Shown: one piece after another, positions 36,048-44,471 of the stretch
Layout of the letters: the number at the start of each line of letters is the position of its first letter
Numbering within the stretch: position 1 is the stretch's first letter
Assembly: GCA_016188075.1 (NCBI GenBank)
Contig: JACPIO010000017.1
Coordinates: 23,406-87,405, forward strand
Length of the DNA: 64,000 bases
Direction: 5' to 3'
Source of the DNA: Candidatus Wolfebacteria bacterium
GTDB lineage: Bacteria; Patescibacteriota; Minisyncoccia; UBA6257; UBA9933
Program-made: the position numbers and the translations under genes
Notes under the pieces: model-generated
The model's input: the letters and a program-made list of their open reading frames with translations, nothing else
Databases searched by the model: none
Told to the model about the DNA's origin: nothing

Positions 36048-37862
36048 ATGCTCAATCAAGAACTCGCCAAAATTTTTTACGAGATCGCTCTCTACCTCCA
36101 AATGGATGAAGTGGCTTTCAAACCGCAGGCTTACGAGCGGGTCGGGGCGAGCTTAGAAAATTTATCCCAAAGCGTTGACTCTATTTATAAAAAAGAAGGT
36201 CTGATGGGACTCGAGAAAATTCCCGGCGTGGGCCGGGGCATCGCGGAAAAAATCATAGAGTACTTAGAAAACGGTCAAATTGACGAACACGAAAAATTAA
36301 AAAAGAAAATTCCGGTGAATCTGGAGGAGCTTTCAGCCATCGAAGGACTGGGGCCCAAAAGCATAAAAAAACTCTATCACAAACTCGGCGTTAAAAATCG
36401 TGAGGATTTAGAGAGTGCGGCTCGTAAACACAAAATCCGCGACCTCGAAGGTTTTGGCGAAAAAAGCGAAGAGAGAGTTTTAAAAAGCATTGAATTTTTG
36501 AAAAAATCCAAGGGCCGATTTATTTTGGGTTTTATTATGCCTGCGGTGCGCGAAATTGAAAATCAGCTTGGGCGACTTAAGGAGACTAAAAAAATCGTTG
36601 TTGCCGGCTCGGTTCGGCGCCGCAAAGAAACCATCGGCGACGTGGATATATTAATTGTCTCGGATACACCGCGACCTCTGATGGATTTTTTTATAAAAAT
36701 GCCTGAAGTGATTCAGGTTTGGGCTCATGGCGAAACCAAATCCAGCATTAAGCTTCAAAACGGCTTAGATATTGATTTAAGGGTGGTGCCGGAAAAATCC
36801 TACGGCGCGGCTCTAAATTATTTTACCGGCTCCAAAGAACACAATATAGCTTTACGGGAAATCGCTATTAAAAAAGGATATAAATTGAATGAATACGGAC
36901 TCTTTGGATACGGTAGGGGCCGAGCTTCCCGAGGTTCAACCTCCCAAATATTAAAGTCGATTCGCGAGGAGGTTGAACCTCGCAAAAATTGGCGTCAGAT
37001 CGCCGGCACGACCGAAGAGGAAATTTACAAATTACTGGGCCTTGATTATATTGAACCGGAACTGCGGGAAAACACCGGAGAAATCGAAGCGGCTAAAGCT
37101 GATAAACTACCCAAACTGATAAACTACTCTAATCTCCAAGGCGATCTTCAAATTCAAACCAACTGGACTGACGGAAAAAATTCCATCGAAGAAATGGCCC
37201 GGGCGGCAATGGAGGCTGGCCTTAATTACATCGCGATCACGGATCACAGCAAAAGATTAGCAATGACCGGCGGACTGGACGAGAAAAAAATCCAAAAGCA
37301 ATGGCAGGAAATCGACAGAGTTAATAAAAAGCTTCATGCTTCAGGCTTCAAGTTTCATGTTCTTAAAGGCAGTGAGTGCGATATTTTGAAAGACGGATCG
37401 CTTGATTTACCGGATGAAATTTTATCCAAGCTTGATGTCTGTGGAGCCGCGATTCATTCTTACTTTAACTTATCGCGCAAAGACCAGACCGAGCGATTAA
37501 AAAGAGCGATGCGAAATCCGAACGTGGATATTATTTTTCACCCGACCGGTCGAAAAATCCAATCCCGGGAGCCGTATGATTTAGATATTGACGAAATTAT
37601 CAAAACCGCCAAAGAAACCAACACGATTTTGGAAGTCGATTCTTACCCGGACCGACTGGACCTGAAAGACGAGCACATTCGAAAATGCGTGGAGGCCGGA
37701 GTCATGCTCGCGATTGATTCGGACGCGCATTCCGTAAGCCATCTCCCCTATCTTGAATACGGCATCGCGCAGGCGAGACGCGGGTGGTGTGAAAAAAAAG
37801 ATATTATAAATACAAGACCATTACCAGAGATGCTAAAATTGCTAAAAGACAAACAAGAATAA
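36048..37862 (+). CDS. polX: DNA polymerase X / PHP exonuclease
   Basis: HhH motifs, AGSVRRRKETIGDVDIL, YFTGSKEHN, PHP motifs AITDHS and IDSDAH. Confidence 0.95.
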   Translation: MLNQELAKIFYEIALYLQMDEVAFKPQAYERVGASLENLSQSVDSIYKKEGLMGLEKIPGVGRGIAEKIIEYLENGQIDEHEKLKKKIPVNLEELSAIEGLGPKSIKKLYHKLGVKNREDLESAARKHKIRDLEGFGEKSEERVLKSIEFLKKSKGRFILGFIMPAVREIENQLGRLKETKKIVVAGSVRRRKETIGDVDILIVSDTPRPLMDFFIKMPEVIQVWAHGETKSSIKLQNGLDIDLRVVPEKSYGAALNYFTGSKEHNIALREIAIKKGYKLNEYGLFGYGRGRASRGSTSQILKSIREEVEPRKNWRQIAGTTEEEIYKLLGLDYIEPELRENTGEIEAAKADKLPKLINYSNLQGDLQIQTNWTDGKNSIEEMARAAMEAGLNYIAITDHSKRLAMTGGLDEKKIQKQWQEIDRVNKKLHASGFKFHVLKGSECDILKDGSLDLPDEILSKLDVCGAAIHSYFNLSRKDQTERLKRAMRNPNVDIIFHPTGRKIQSREPYDLDIDEIIKTAKETNTILEVDSYPDRLDLKDEHIRKCVEAGVMLAIDSDAHSVSHLPYLEYGIAQARRGWCEKKDIINTRPLPEMLKLLKDKQE

Positions 37863-37869
37863 AATTATC

Positions 37870-37887
37870 GGTGCAGTTAACTGCACC
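37870..37887. repeat. Orphan perfect 18-bp palindrome GGTGCAGTTAACTGCACC
   Basis: Read directly; same 7-4-7 geometry as the TrpR-like arrays. Confidence 0.85.
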
Positions 37888-37975
37888 ACTTTCGTTTATT
37901 GTCTTATTAAAAAAGAACGCCCCGGCTCGCTGAATGACGAAACCGGGGCTCACTGCAGGCGCGGTGCAATATCCG

Positions 37976-38272
37976 TCACGCCATTCGACGGACGCACATG
38001 ATGTTTAACTCATCCGACCAGTATCCCAAGATGAATGAGGCGTCACCGCGAGTGATGGTAACCTCCGTCGTCTCGCCTGCACGAATCTTCCCTTTCGCCT
38101 CGGCGATCTCGCTCCGAATTGCCACCTCGTCGCGTGCTTCGACGCCACCTGCTTCGAGTGACGCCGACAAGAGCAAGTGGACCAATTTCTCCAGCCGCTC
38201 TCTGACGAGTGGTGCAGGGAATTCGTCAATCCCACTCAACTTCCGCATCAAGCTACCACCGCATTCACTCAC
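37976..38272 (-). CDS. Hypothetical protein (atypical composition)
   Basis: AAGGAGG 6 nt before a GTG at 38272; about 98 aa. Confidence 0.55.
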   Translation of the reverse strand: MSECGGSLMRKLSGIDEFPAPLVRERLEKLVHLLLSASLEAGGVEARDEVAIRSEIAEAKGKIRAGETTEVTITRGDASFILGYWSDELNIMCVRRMA

Positions 38273-38529
38273 GACCGGCCTCCTTTCGGATTCTTGGCTA
38301 CAATCAATAGCCATAGGAAAGAACTGCTTCTGGCACCATTGCCATTGCGGAAATCCTAACACGAACTTTCTATTTTTGTAAAGAAAAGTGGGAGAGATGA
38401 TAAAGGCGTAGATAATAAAAAATGAAAGAAAAAGAACAAGGAGAAAGAATAAGGAGGGGGTATGTCTGTATAGCGCACTATACACCTAAATTTGAGGTAA
38501 GATAATGACCGATATCAGAAATCTTTAAT

Positions 38530-38663
38530 CCAAGCGCCAGCAATTCCTCGCCGCTTGTATCGAGAATGAATGGCGCAACTAGAAATCTCGGCGGAGCCGA
38601 CCCTTATTGGATCGAACCCGCCCTGATGCCGCGTTCCGACTTGTCGGAACGCGGACGGGTTCA
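38530..38663 (+). mobile_element. Non-autonomous IS200/IS605-like element, copy 4
   Basis: Follows TTTAAT, ends GGGTTCA. Confidence 0.7.
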
Positions 38664-38772
38664 CTCTCTGAAATCTCTAAAAAATATCTAAAGCAGAAAT
38701 ATCACCCCGCCCCGCATCTCGCTGTATAGGACACTATACAGATAAAATCACCGCGAAAACTCGTCTCGTAAA

Positions 38773-38875
38773 CCCCGTTAGAACGGGCGCTTCGCGGCCG
38801 GCTGATGGGAGCATTATACTCCCCATCAGCTATTTTATCTCTACCGCCGACAGAGTCGGCGGCGTTCTAACGGGG
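38773..38875. mobile_element. CCCC...GGGG miniature inverted-repeat element with 4-bp flanking direct repeat TAAA
   Basis: CCCCGTTAGAACG...CGTTCTAACGGGG, two internal hairpins; TAAA at 38769-38772 and 38876-38879. Confidence 0.72.
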
Positions 38876-38990
38876 TAAATCTCTAAAATAAAAAATCTGT
38901 CGGTTCGCTATTCACTCTATTCCGCTGTATAGCACACTATACAGCTCAAATTGAGACGGGAAGTCATAAGCAAATCGCTTCATAAACGAA

Positions 38991-39386
38991 TTACCAATGG
39001 GGTCTGCGTCGTTCTTTTCTGATAAATCTGTATTTTCTAAATTTCAGCTTTAAGGGGTCGCGCCAGCCGGATCGGGCATTATTTTTAGTTTCAGAATATT
39101 TCCGTTTTTTCCAAACCGGTCTTTTGAAGTTGTTTTTAACAAAATTTACAGTTGCCCTTGTTACGTCCGCCCTCCTCGCAATCTCCGAATAGGAGATTTT
39201 TTCCTTCAATAGACTTTTGACCGCCAGTCGTTTTTCCATCAAGACAATTTCCTCATCGGTCAAGCCGCGCCTCAAGGCATTTTTGAGTTCGTTTTCATTC
39301 CTCGACGCCCGAAGGTTTACAAAAAATCCCTCCCAGATTTCTTTTTTAAATTTTTCATCAAAATACTTCCTACTCGTCCTGCTCAT
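38991..39386 (-). CDS. TrpR/YerC-YecD-like HTH DNA-binding protein (paralog 2)
   Basis: LTDEEIVLMEKRLAVKSLLKEKISYSEIARRADVTRATVNFVK; 131 aa like paralog 1; basic tail. Confidence 0.85.
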   Translation of the reverse strand: MSRTSRKYFDEKFKKEIWEGFFVNLRASRNENELKNALRRGLTDEEIVLMEKRLAVKSLLKEKISYSEIARRADVTRATVNFVKNNFKRPVWKKRKYSETKNNARSGWRDPLKLKFRKYRFIRKERRRPHW

Positions 39387-39387
39387 C

Positions 39388-39421
39388 TGTATAGTATACT
39401 ATACGGTTAAAAGGAAAACAA
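39388..39421 (-). promoter_or_regulatory. Leaderless promoter overlapped by a fourth TGTATAG-N4-CTATAC palindrome (39388-39405)
   Basis: TTGTTT(39421-39416)-N17-TATACT(39398-39393), then 6 nt to the ATG. Confidence 0.7.
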
Positions 39422-39519
39422 TGCCCGCAGGTCTTCCGTGGTCATACATTTTTGGCAAATTCCAAATCGCGTGATAAAATAGAAGAGGAATCCCGAGAAT
39501 TATGTTAAAATGAAAACTT

Positions 39520-40065
39520 ATGGAACAAACAAAAGGAGCAATCCGGCCGCAGCGCCGAATAAAAAAGCAGGTTGTGGCGGGTTTTGTAATTTATCGACGC
39601 ACCTCCGAGGGAATAAAATTTCTTTTATTGTATCGCCGGGGCAATTACTGGAATTTCCCCAAGGGACATTTTGACCGCGGAGAAAATAGCATAGCCACTG
39701 CGCTTCGCGAAACAGAAGAAGAAACCGGGATAAAGAAATCCGAGCTCCGAATCATTTCTGGTTTTCGAACCTACGAGCAATTTTATTTTCACCGAGGAGA
39801 CCAAAAAATTCATGATACCGTAATTCTCTATTTGGCCGAAACTCACAAAGCAGACATAAAAATCGCGGCCAGAGAACACAGCGGCTTTGCCTGGTTTCTC
39901 TACAAAGATGCTATTCGTGTTTTGGGCGATAAATATTCCGCCACGCAAGAAGTACTAAAACAAGCTCACGATTTTATTTACCGACGGCATAGCCGCCATC
40001 GCCTAAATAAGCAAAATCTAAGAATCACGACCAAAAAACACTTTCAAGAAAAAATTAGATTCTAA
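39520..40065 (+). CDS. NUDIX hydrolase (Ap4A hydrolase-like)
   Basis: WNFPKGHFDRGENSIATALRETEEETGI Nudix box. Confidence 0.9.
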   Translation: MEQTKGAIRPQRRIKKQVVAGFVIYRRTSEGIKFLLLYRRGNYWNFPKGHFDRGENSIATALRETEEETGIKKSELRIISGFRTYEQFYFHRGDQKIHDTVILYLAETHKADIKIAAREHSGFAWFLYKDAIRVLGDKYSATQEVLKQAHDFIYRRHSRHRLNKQNLRITTKKHFQEKIRF

Positions 40066-40066
40066 G

Positions 40067-40460
40067 ATGGAAAAACAGGTTGAAATCGGCACATCTCCCA
40101 GCGCAGTAGCGGCTCTCGTAATATCTCCCAAGGGGATTCCTTTAATCCGCGATCCAAAAAAACCGGCGCCTCATTACTGGAAACTGCCGGGCGGGAGAAG
40201 CGGGGGAAGTAGAAGAAGAAATCGGTCTTATCTTAAAAAAAGACGAGCTCAAAATTGTCTACCGAGAAGAAAGAGAGAGCCACGCCTTTTATCTTTTCCG
40301 GGACGAGGTTTTTTCTCTGGAGGGTTTAAAATCCAAAGGCGACGAGGGCGAAGAGGTCAAATTGTTTTTACCGGAAGAATTAAAAAATCTCCCGGATCTT
40401 TTCCCGCCTCACCGAGAGATTTTAGAAGAAATCAAATTTATCCCCCACACCTATACATAG
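40067..40460 (+). pseudogene. Frameshifted NUDIX hydrolase
   Basis: WKLPGGRSG, then EVEEEIGL...FPPHREILE in another frame; the middle of the Nudix box is missing near 40205. Confidence 0.7.
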
Positions 40461-40479
40461 GTGCGCGGATTTATTTAGT

Positions 40480-40824
40480 TCATTTCGCCATTTCCACGAT
40501 TTTTTCAAAAACTGCTGGCTCGTTTTTTGCCAAATCTGCCAAGATTTTGCGGTCAAGTAGAATATCGCGCTTTTTTAAGCCGGCGATGAAACGGCTGTAG
40601 CTTAGGCCGTGCAGCCGGACTCCGGGGTTAATTTGCGTTTGCCAAAGCGTCCGGAAATCCCTTTTCTTTTTTTTTCGGCCGTGGAAGGCGCGAGGCAACG
40701 CGTGAAGCAAGGCTTCCTTGGCCGCGCGTTCTTTGGATTTCCGGCCCCACCGAAAACCCTTAGTGTATTTGAGCAGACGTTCCCGCTTTTTATGGGCTAT
40801 TGTACCTCGTTTAACGCGTGTCAT
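40480..40824 (-). CDS. rplT: 50S ribosomal protein L20
   Basis: MTRVKRG, KKRDFRTLW, LSYSRFIAGL, LDRKILADLA. Confidence 0.97.
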   Translation of the reverse strand: MTRVKRGTIAHKKRERLLKYTKGFRWGRKSKERAAKEALLHALPRAFHGRKKKKRDFRTLWQTQINPGVRLHGLSYSRFIAGLKKRDILLDRKILADLAKNEPAVFEKIVEMAK

Positions 40825-40932
40825 TTTAGCTTTTTAGCATATCGATACCAATATACAAATGTACGAATTATACTAATCACAAGCCATCGATTCATTCGTA
40901 TCATTAGTAAATTCGTATATTCGCATCGATAC

Positions 40933-41106
40933 TTACAAATACCTCTTTACTATCTTTTTTCCGATTACTTCCAATGTTCTTAATCCTTTTTTTCTTTTAA
41001 CCTGCTGCGTTCTTTTCTTAGCTAAAAAATGGCCTTGAGCCATGGCCCGCCTCAAAATTTTTCCGGTTCTGGTCACCTTGAAACGATCCGAGATAAATTT
41101 ACGCAT
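40933..41106 (-). CDS. rpmI: 50S ribosomal protein L35 (absent from the ORF track)
   Basis: MRKFISDRFKVTRTGKILRRAMAQGHFLAKK..., 57 aa between infC and rplT. Confidence 0.9.
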   Translation of the reverse strand: MRKFISDRFKVTRTGKILRRAMAQGHFLAKKRTQQVKRKKGLRTLEVIGKKIVKRYL

Positions 41107-41110
41107 AAAA

Positions 41111-41611
41111 CTACTTTTTCATGATTTGCAGCATCAATCCTCTGCCTCCGAACTTCGGCTCAAAAGTTATTTGGTAGGGAACGCTAATCATTTTCATAAA
41201 TTCTTCTAACTTTTGCATAGCCCAATCCCTGTTGAATTTCTCTCTGCCCCGAAGCCGGAGCGTAATTCCCACCTTGTGCCCTTCGTCTAAAAACGACTCC
41301 GTCTTTCTCGCCTTAACCCGCAAGTCATTTTGCGCCTCTCGGACGCCTATCTGAACCTGTTTTAGTTCGCTCGCTCTCTGGCTGGCTTTTTGTTTTTGAA
41401 GTTCTTTCTCTTTCTGATAACGGAATTTATCGAAGCTGATGATCTTCGCGACCGGCGGTTTGGCGGCGGGAGCGATTTCGATTAAATCCAATCCCCGCTC
41501 TTTGGCGAGCCGGAGGGCGTCGTCTCTCTGCATTATGTCCAAATTTTTCCCGGCCTCGTCAAGCACGCGGAGTTCAGACGCGGTTATTTGATTGTTGATG
41601 CGGTAATTAAT
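41111..41611 (-). CDS. infC: Translation initiation factor IF-3, probable ATT start
   Basis: In-frame ATT-AAT-TAC-CGC-ATC-AAC (YRINNQI), LDLIEIAPAAKPPVAKI, LRLRGRE. Confidence 0.93.
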   Translation of the reverse strand: MNYRINNQITASELRVLDEAGKNLDIMQRDDALRLAKERGLDLIEIAPAAKPPVAKIISFDKFRYQKEKELQKQKASQRASELKQVQIGVREAQNDLRVKARKTESFLDEGHKVGITLRLRGREKFNRDWAMQKLEEFMKMISVPYQITFEPKFGGRGLMLQIMKK

Positions 41612-41641
41612 ACTCTTTTCCCTAACTACTAATTACTAATT

Positions 41642-41990
41642 TGGTGGAGATGAGGGTATTGAAACCCTGTCCAAAAATTAACTTTAAAAATTTCTACAGG
41701 TTTAGTCCCGATGAATGAAGGATTAAGGAATGAAATCGGGACGAAAAATCCTTAATTCTTTGCCGATTTTTGTCCCCGCCAAAATTGGCAATTTAGGCGG
41801 GCTAGTCTAATTTATTACACCCGAACCTCTTGATTCAGACACCCAAGAGCGGATGCCGCTTAGGCAAAAGCGAAAGCGGGAGCTAATCTGTTATTGGCAG
41901 ATATAGTTTTGATTCGATGATTTTCAAGGTGACGAATCATCCTTGACCTGCGATTTTTAAAGATCATTTCTGTCGAGGCCTTGCATCCCC
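41642..41990 (-). ncRNA. ssrA: tmRNA; predicted tag ANNRLAPAFAFA* (41860-41898)
   Basis: 5' GGGGATG..CGAC, 3' T-arm and CATCTCCACCA, adjacent to smpB. Confidence 0.92.
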
Positions 41991-42074
41991 GCGAATTTTT
42001 CCTACGAACGAAGCGAGTAGCTGAAAAATTCAGCGCCTCGCCGAAGCAATACGTAGGCGGGCTACCGAATCTAA

Positions 42075-42512
42075 CTACAACCTTCTCCCGATTTCCCTTT
42101 CGACATCCCTTTTCTTGATCAATTCTCTCTTATCGCCCTTCTTTCGCGACTTACCCAATCCAATTTCTATCTTGATTCGGTGCGCTTTAGTATAAACTTT
42201 CAAGGGTACCAAAGTCAAGCCTTTTTCCTTTGTGCGGCCGATTAAACTTTTAATCTCGGATTTTCTAAGAAGCAGGCGCCGGGTTCTTTTGGAATCGTAA
42301 TCTGCCGGAGTATTCAAGGGTTGATAAGGCGGAATATCGGCGTTTAAAAGCCAGATTTGATTATCTTTTATGATCGCATAGGCGCCGGCCAAGTTAATCC
42401 GACCGGATTTTACGGCTTTCACTTCAAACCCGCGAAGCTCAATACCGGCTTCGTAGGCTTCGAGGATCTCGTAATCAAACCGGGCTCGTCTATTTTCGGA
42501 AAGCGTGGACAT
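42075..42512 (-). CDS. smpB: SsrA-binding protein
   Basis: NRRARFDYEILEAYEAGIELRGFEVKA, RTRRLLL, DKRELIK. Confidence 0.97.
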   Translation of the reverse strand: MSTLSENRRARFDYEILEAYEAGIELRGFEVKAVKSGRINLAGAYAIIKDNQIWLLNADIPPYQPLNTPADYDSKRTRRLLLRKSEIKSLIGRTKEKGLTLVPLKVYTKAHRIKIEIGLGKSRKKGDKRELIKKRDVEREIGRRL

Positions 42513-42608
42513 AGATTAAGTATCGAGAATTTTATGGATAGTAGCAAGCAGAAAATCGAATATAATCAAATTTTGCAATTTAGCAGCTCGTCGCTTAATA
42601 TAAATACA

Positions 42609-44327
42609 ATGCTCCAAACCAAAATCGCTGAACAATTAAAAAGAATTATAAAAGCAAAATCTGTGGAGATAGAAGTTTTCGCGCCGGAGAATCCGAAACA
42701 CGGGCATTATTCGACGAACGCGGCTTTGAAATTGGCGAAGGTTCTCAAAAAAAATCCGTTCGAGATCGGAGAAAAAATTAAGAAATTACTGGAAACTAAG
42801 AAATTTTTTGAACGGATCGAGGTGGTGCCGCCGGGATTTATCAACTTTTGGATTTCGGAGGAAATTTTAGAAACGGAGCTAAAAACAATAATAAAATCCG
42901 AGGATGACTACGGCCAATCAGAAAATCTCAAAGGCAAAAAGGTGATGCTTGAATTTACCGACCCGAATCCCTTTAAAGAATTTCATATTGGCCATTTATA
43001 CACGAATATCGTGGGCGAATCTTTGGCCAGAATTCTCGAAGCGAACGGGGCAAGGGTAAAAAGAGCCAATTATCAAGGGGACGTGGGCATGCACGCGGCC
43101 AAAGCCATTTGGGGAATAAAAAAGAAAATGGCAAGCGAGAAAATGAACTTAACTGAACTCGCCAAGCGAACGCTGGATTATCGAATTAAATTTATGGGCG
43201 TGGGATACGCGCTGGGAGACAAGGGGTTTACGGAAAACGAAGCGATCAAGCTAGAAATAGTAGACCTTAATAAAAAAATTTTCGCGCTTGATAAAGATAT
43301 TAAAGAAATTTATCAAAAGGGCCGGAAGTGGAGTCTGGACTATTTTGAAAAAATCTACAAGCGGCTGGGGACAAAATTTGATTTTTATTATTTCGAGCGG
43401 GAAGCAGGCGAGGTGGGATTCAAAATCGTAAAAGATGGCCTTAAAAGGGGGTTATTCGAAGAGAGCGATGGAGCAATTATTTTTCCGGGTGAAAAATACG
43501 GTTTGCACCGCCGGGTTTTCATAAATAGCCAAGGATTGCCGACGTATGAAGCGAAGGAATTGGGACTCGCGCCCACCAAATACAAAGATTTTAAATATGA
43601 TCTTTCTTTAATTATCACCGCCAATGAAATCATCGATTATTTTAAGGTTTTGATTATGGCTTTAAAGCAAATTTATCCGAAACTGGGGGCACGGACGCGG
43701 CATATCCCGCATGGGATGGTGCGGTTCGCTTCTGGAAAAATGTCCAGCCGAACCGGCAATGTTGTTAAAGGCGAGGATTTATTAGAAGAAGTTAAAAAGG
43801 GGGTTTTGAAAATTATCGAAAAGGGAGAACGAAAAATTTCCGCCAAAGAAAGAGGTGACGTCGCTGAAGCGGTGGCTTTGGCTGCGATAAAATACGCGTT
43901 TCTTAAAACCTCTATTGGCAGTGATATGGTTTTTGATTTTAAGAGAGCGTTGAGTTTGGAAGGCGATTCCGGGCCGTATATTCAATACACCTATGCCCGA
44001 CTAAAAAGCGTTTTACGGAAGGCGAGCGGCTGGCCGAAAAAAATTGACTTTATGCTTTTAGACACCGAACCAGAGAAGGCGGTCGTGCGGGAATTGATTT
44101 ATTTTCCGGACGCGGTCAGCCGAGCGGCCGAGAGATTGGAAACAAATATCATCACCGAATATCTTTATAAATTGGCTGGCGCCTTAAATGTTTTTTACGA
44201 AACCACGCCGATTTTGAAAGCCGACCGACCCTTGCGCGAAAACCGATTGAATTTAATCCGAGCCGCCACAATTGTCTTAAAAAACAGCCTGCGGCTTTTG
44301 GGTATCAAAGCGCCGGAGAGGATGTAG
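42609..44327 (+). CDS. argS: Arginine--tRNA ligase
   Basis: HGHYSTN, PGFINF, EFTDPNPFKEFHIGH, KMSSRTG, GDSGPYIQY, PERM end; start set at ATG 42609. Confidence 0.96.
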   Translation: MLQTKIAEQLKRIIKAKSVEIEVFAPENPKHGHYSTNAALKLAKVLKKNPFEIGEKIKKLLETKKFFERIEVVPPGFINFWISEEILETELKTIIKSEDDYGQSENLKGKKVMLEFTDPNPFKEFHIGHLYTNIVGESLARILEANGARVKRANYQGDVGMHAAKAIWGIKKKMASEKMNLTELAKRTLDYRIKFMGVGYALGDKGFTENEAIKLEIVDLNKKIFALDKDIKEIYQKGRKWSLDYFEKIYKRLGTKFDFYYFEREAGEVGFKIVKDGLKRGLFEESDGAIIFPGEKYGLHRRVFINSQGLPTYEAKELGLAPTKYKDFKYDLSLIITANEIIDYFKVLIMALKQIYPKLGARTRHIPHGMVRFASGKMSSRTGNVVKGEDLLEEVKKGVLKIIEKGERKISAKERGDVAEAVALAAIKYAFLKTSIGSDMVFDFKRALSLEGDSGPYIQYTYARLKSVLRKASGWPKKIDFMLLDTEPEKAVVRELIYFPDAVSRAAERLETNIITEYLYKLAGALNVFYETTPILKADRPLRENRLNLIRAATIVLKNSLRLLGIKAPERM

Positions 44328-44471
44328 TTTATTTTCTAATTCGCGCGAATAGAGAATAAAAAATGCCGGCTTTTGACATAAGATAGTTTCTCAAGTAAGG
44401 TTTTTATATCCGCAAAAGGCGGATTGAATAGCAACTTGGCAACCACATAGAGGAAGAAGGGAGGAAAAGCC

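Larger units (their letters stand above)
38467..38943. repeat. Three 18-bp palindromes TGTATAG-N4-CTATACA downstream of TrpR-like gene 2
   Basis: Cores at 38467 (CGCA), 38723 (GACA) and 38926 (CACA). Confidence 0.92.

Noticed and set aside
40442-40468. CCCCACACCTAT..ATAGGTGCGCGG as another CCCC...GGGG element
   Set aside because: The right end is degenerate and there is no clean 4-bp duplication; it may be just a terminator between convergent genes
44328-44471. Purine riboswitch upstream of guaA
   Set aside because: Only a TTGACA-N17-TAAGGT promoter candidate and one short hairpin; no conserved purine-aptamer core
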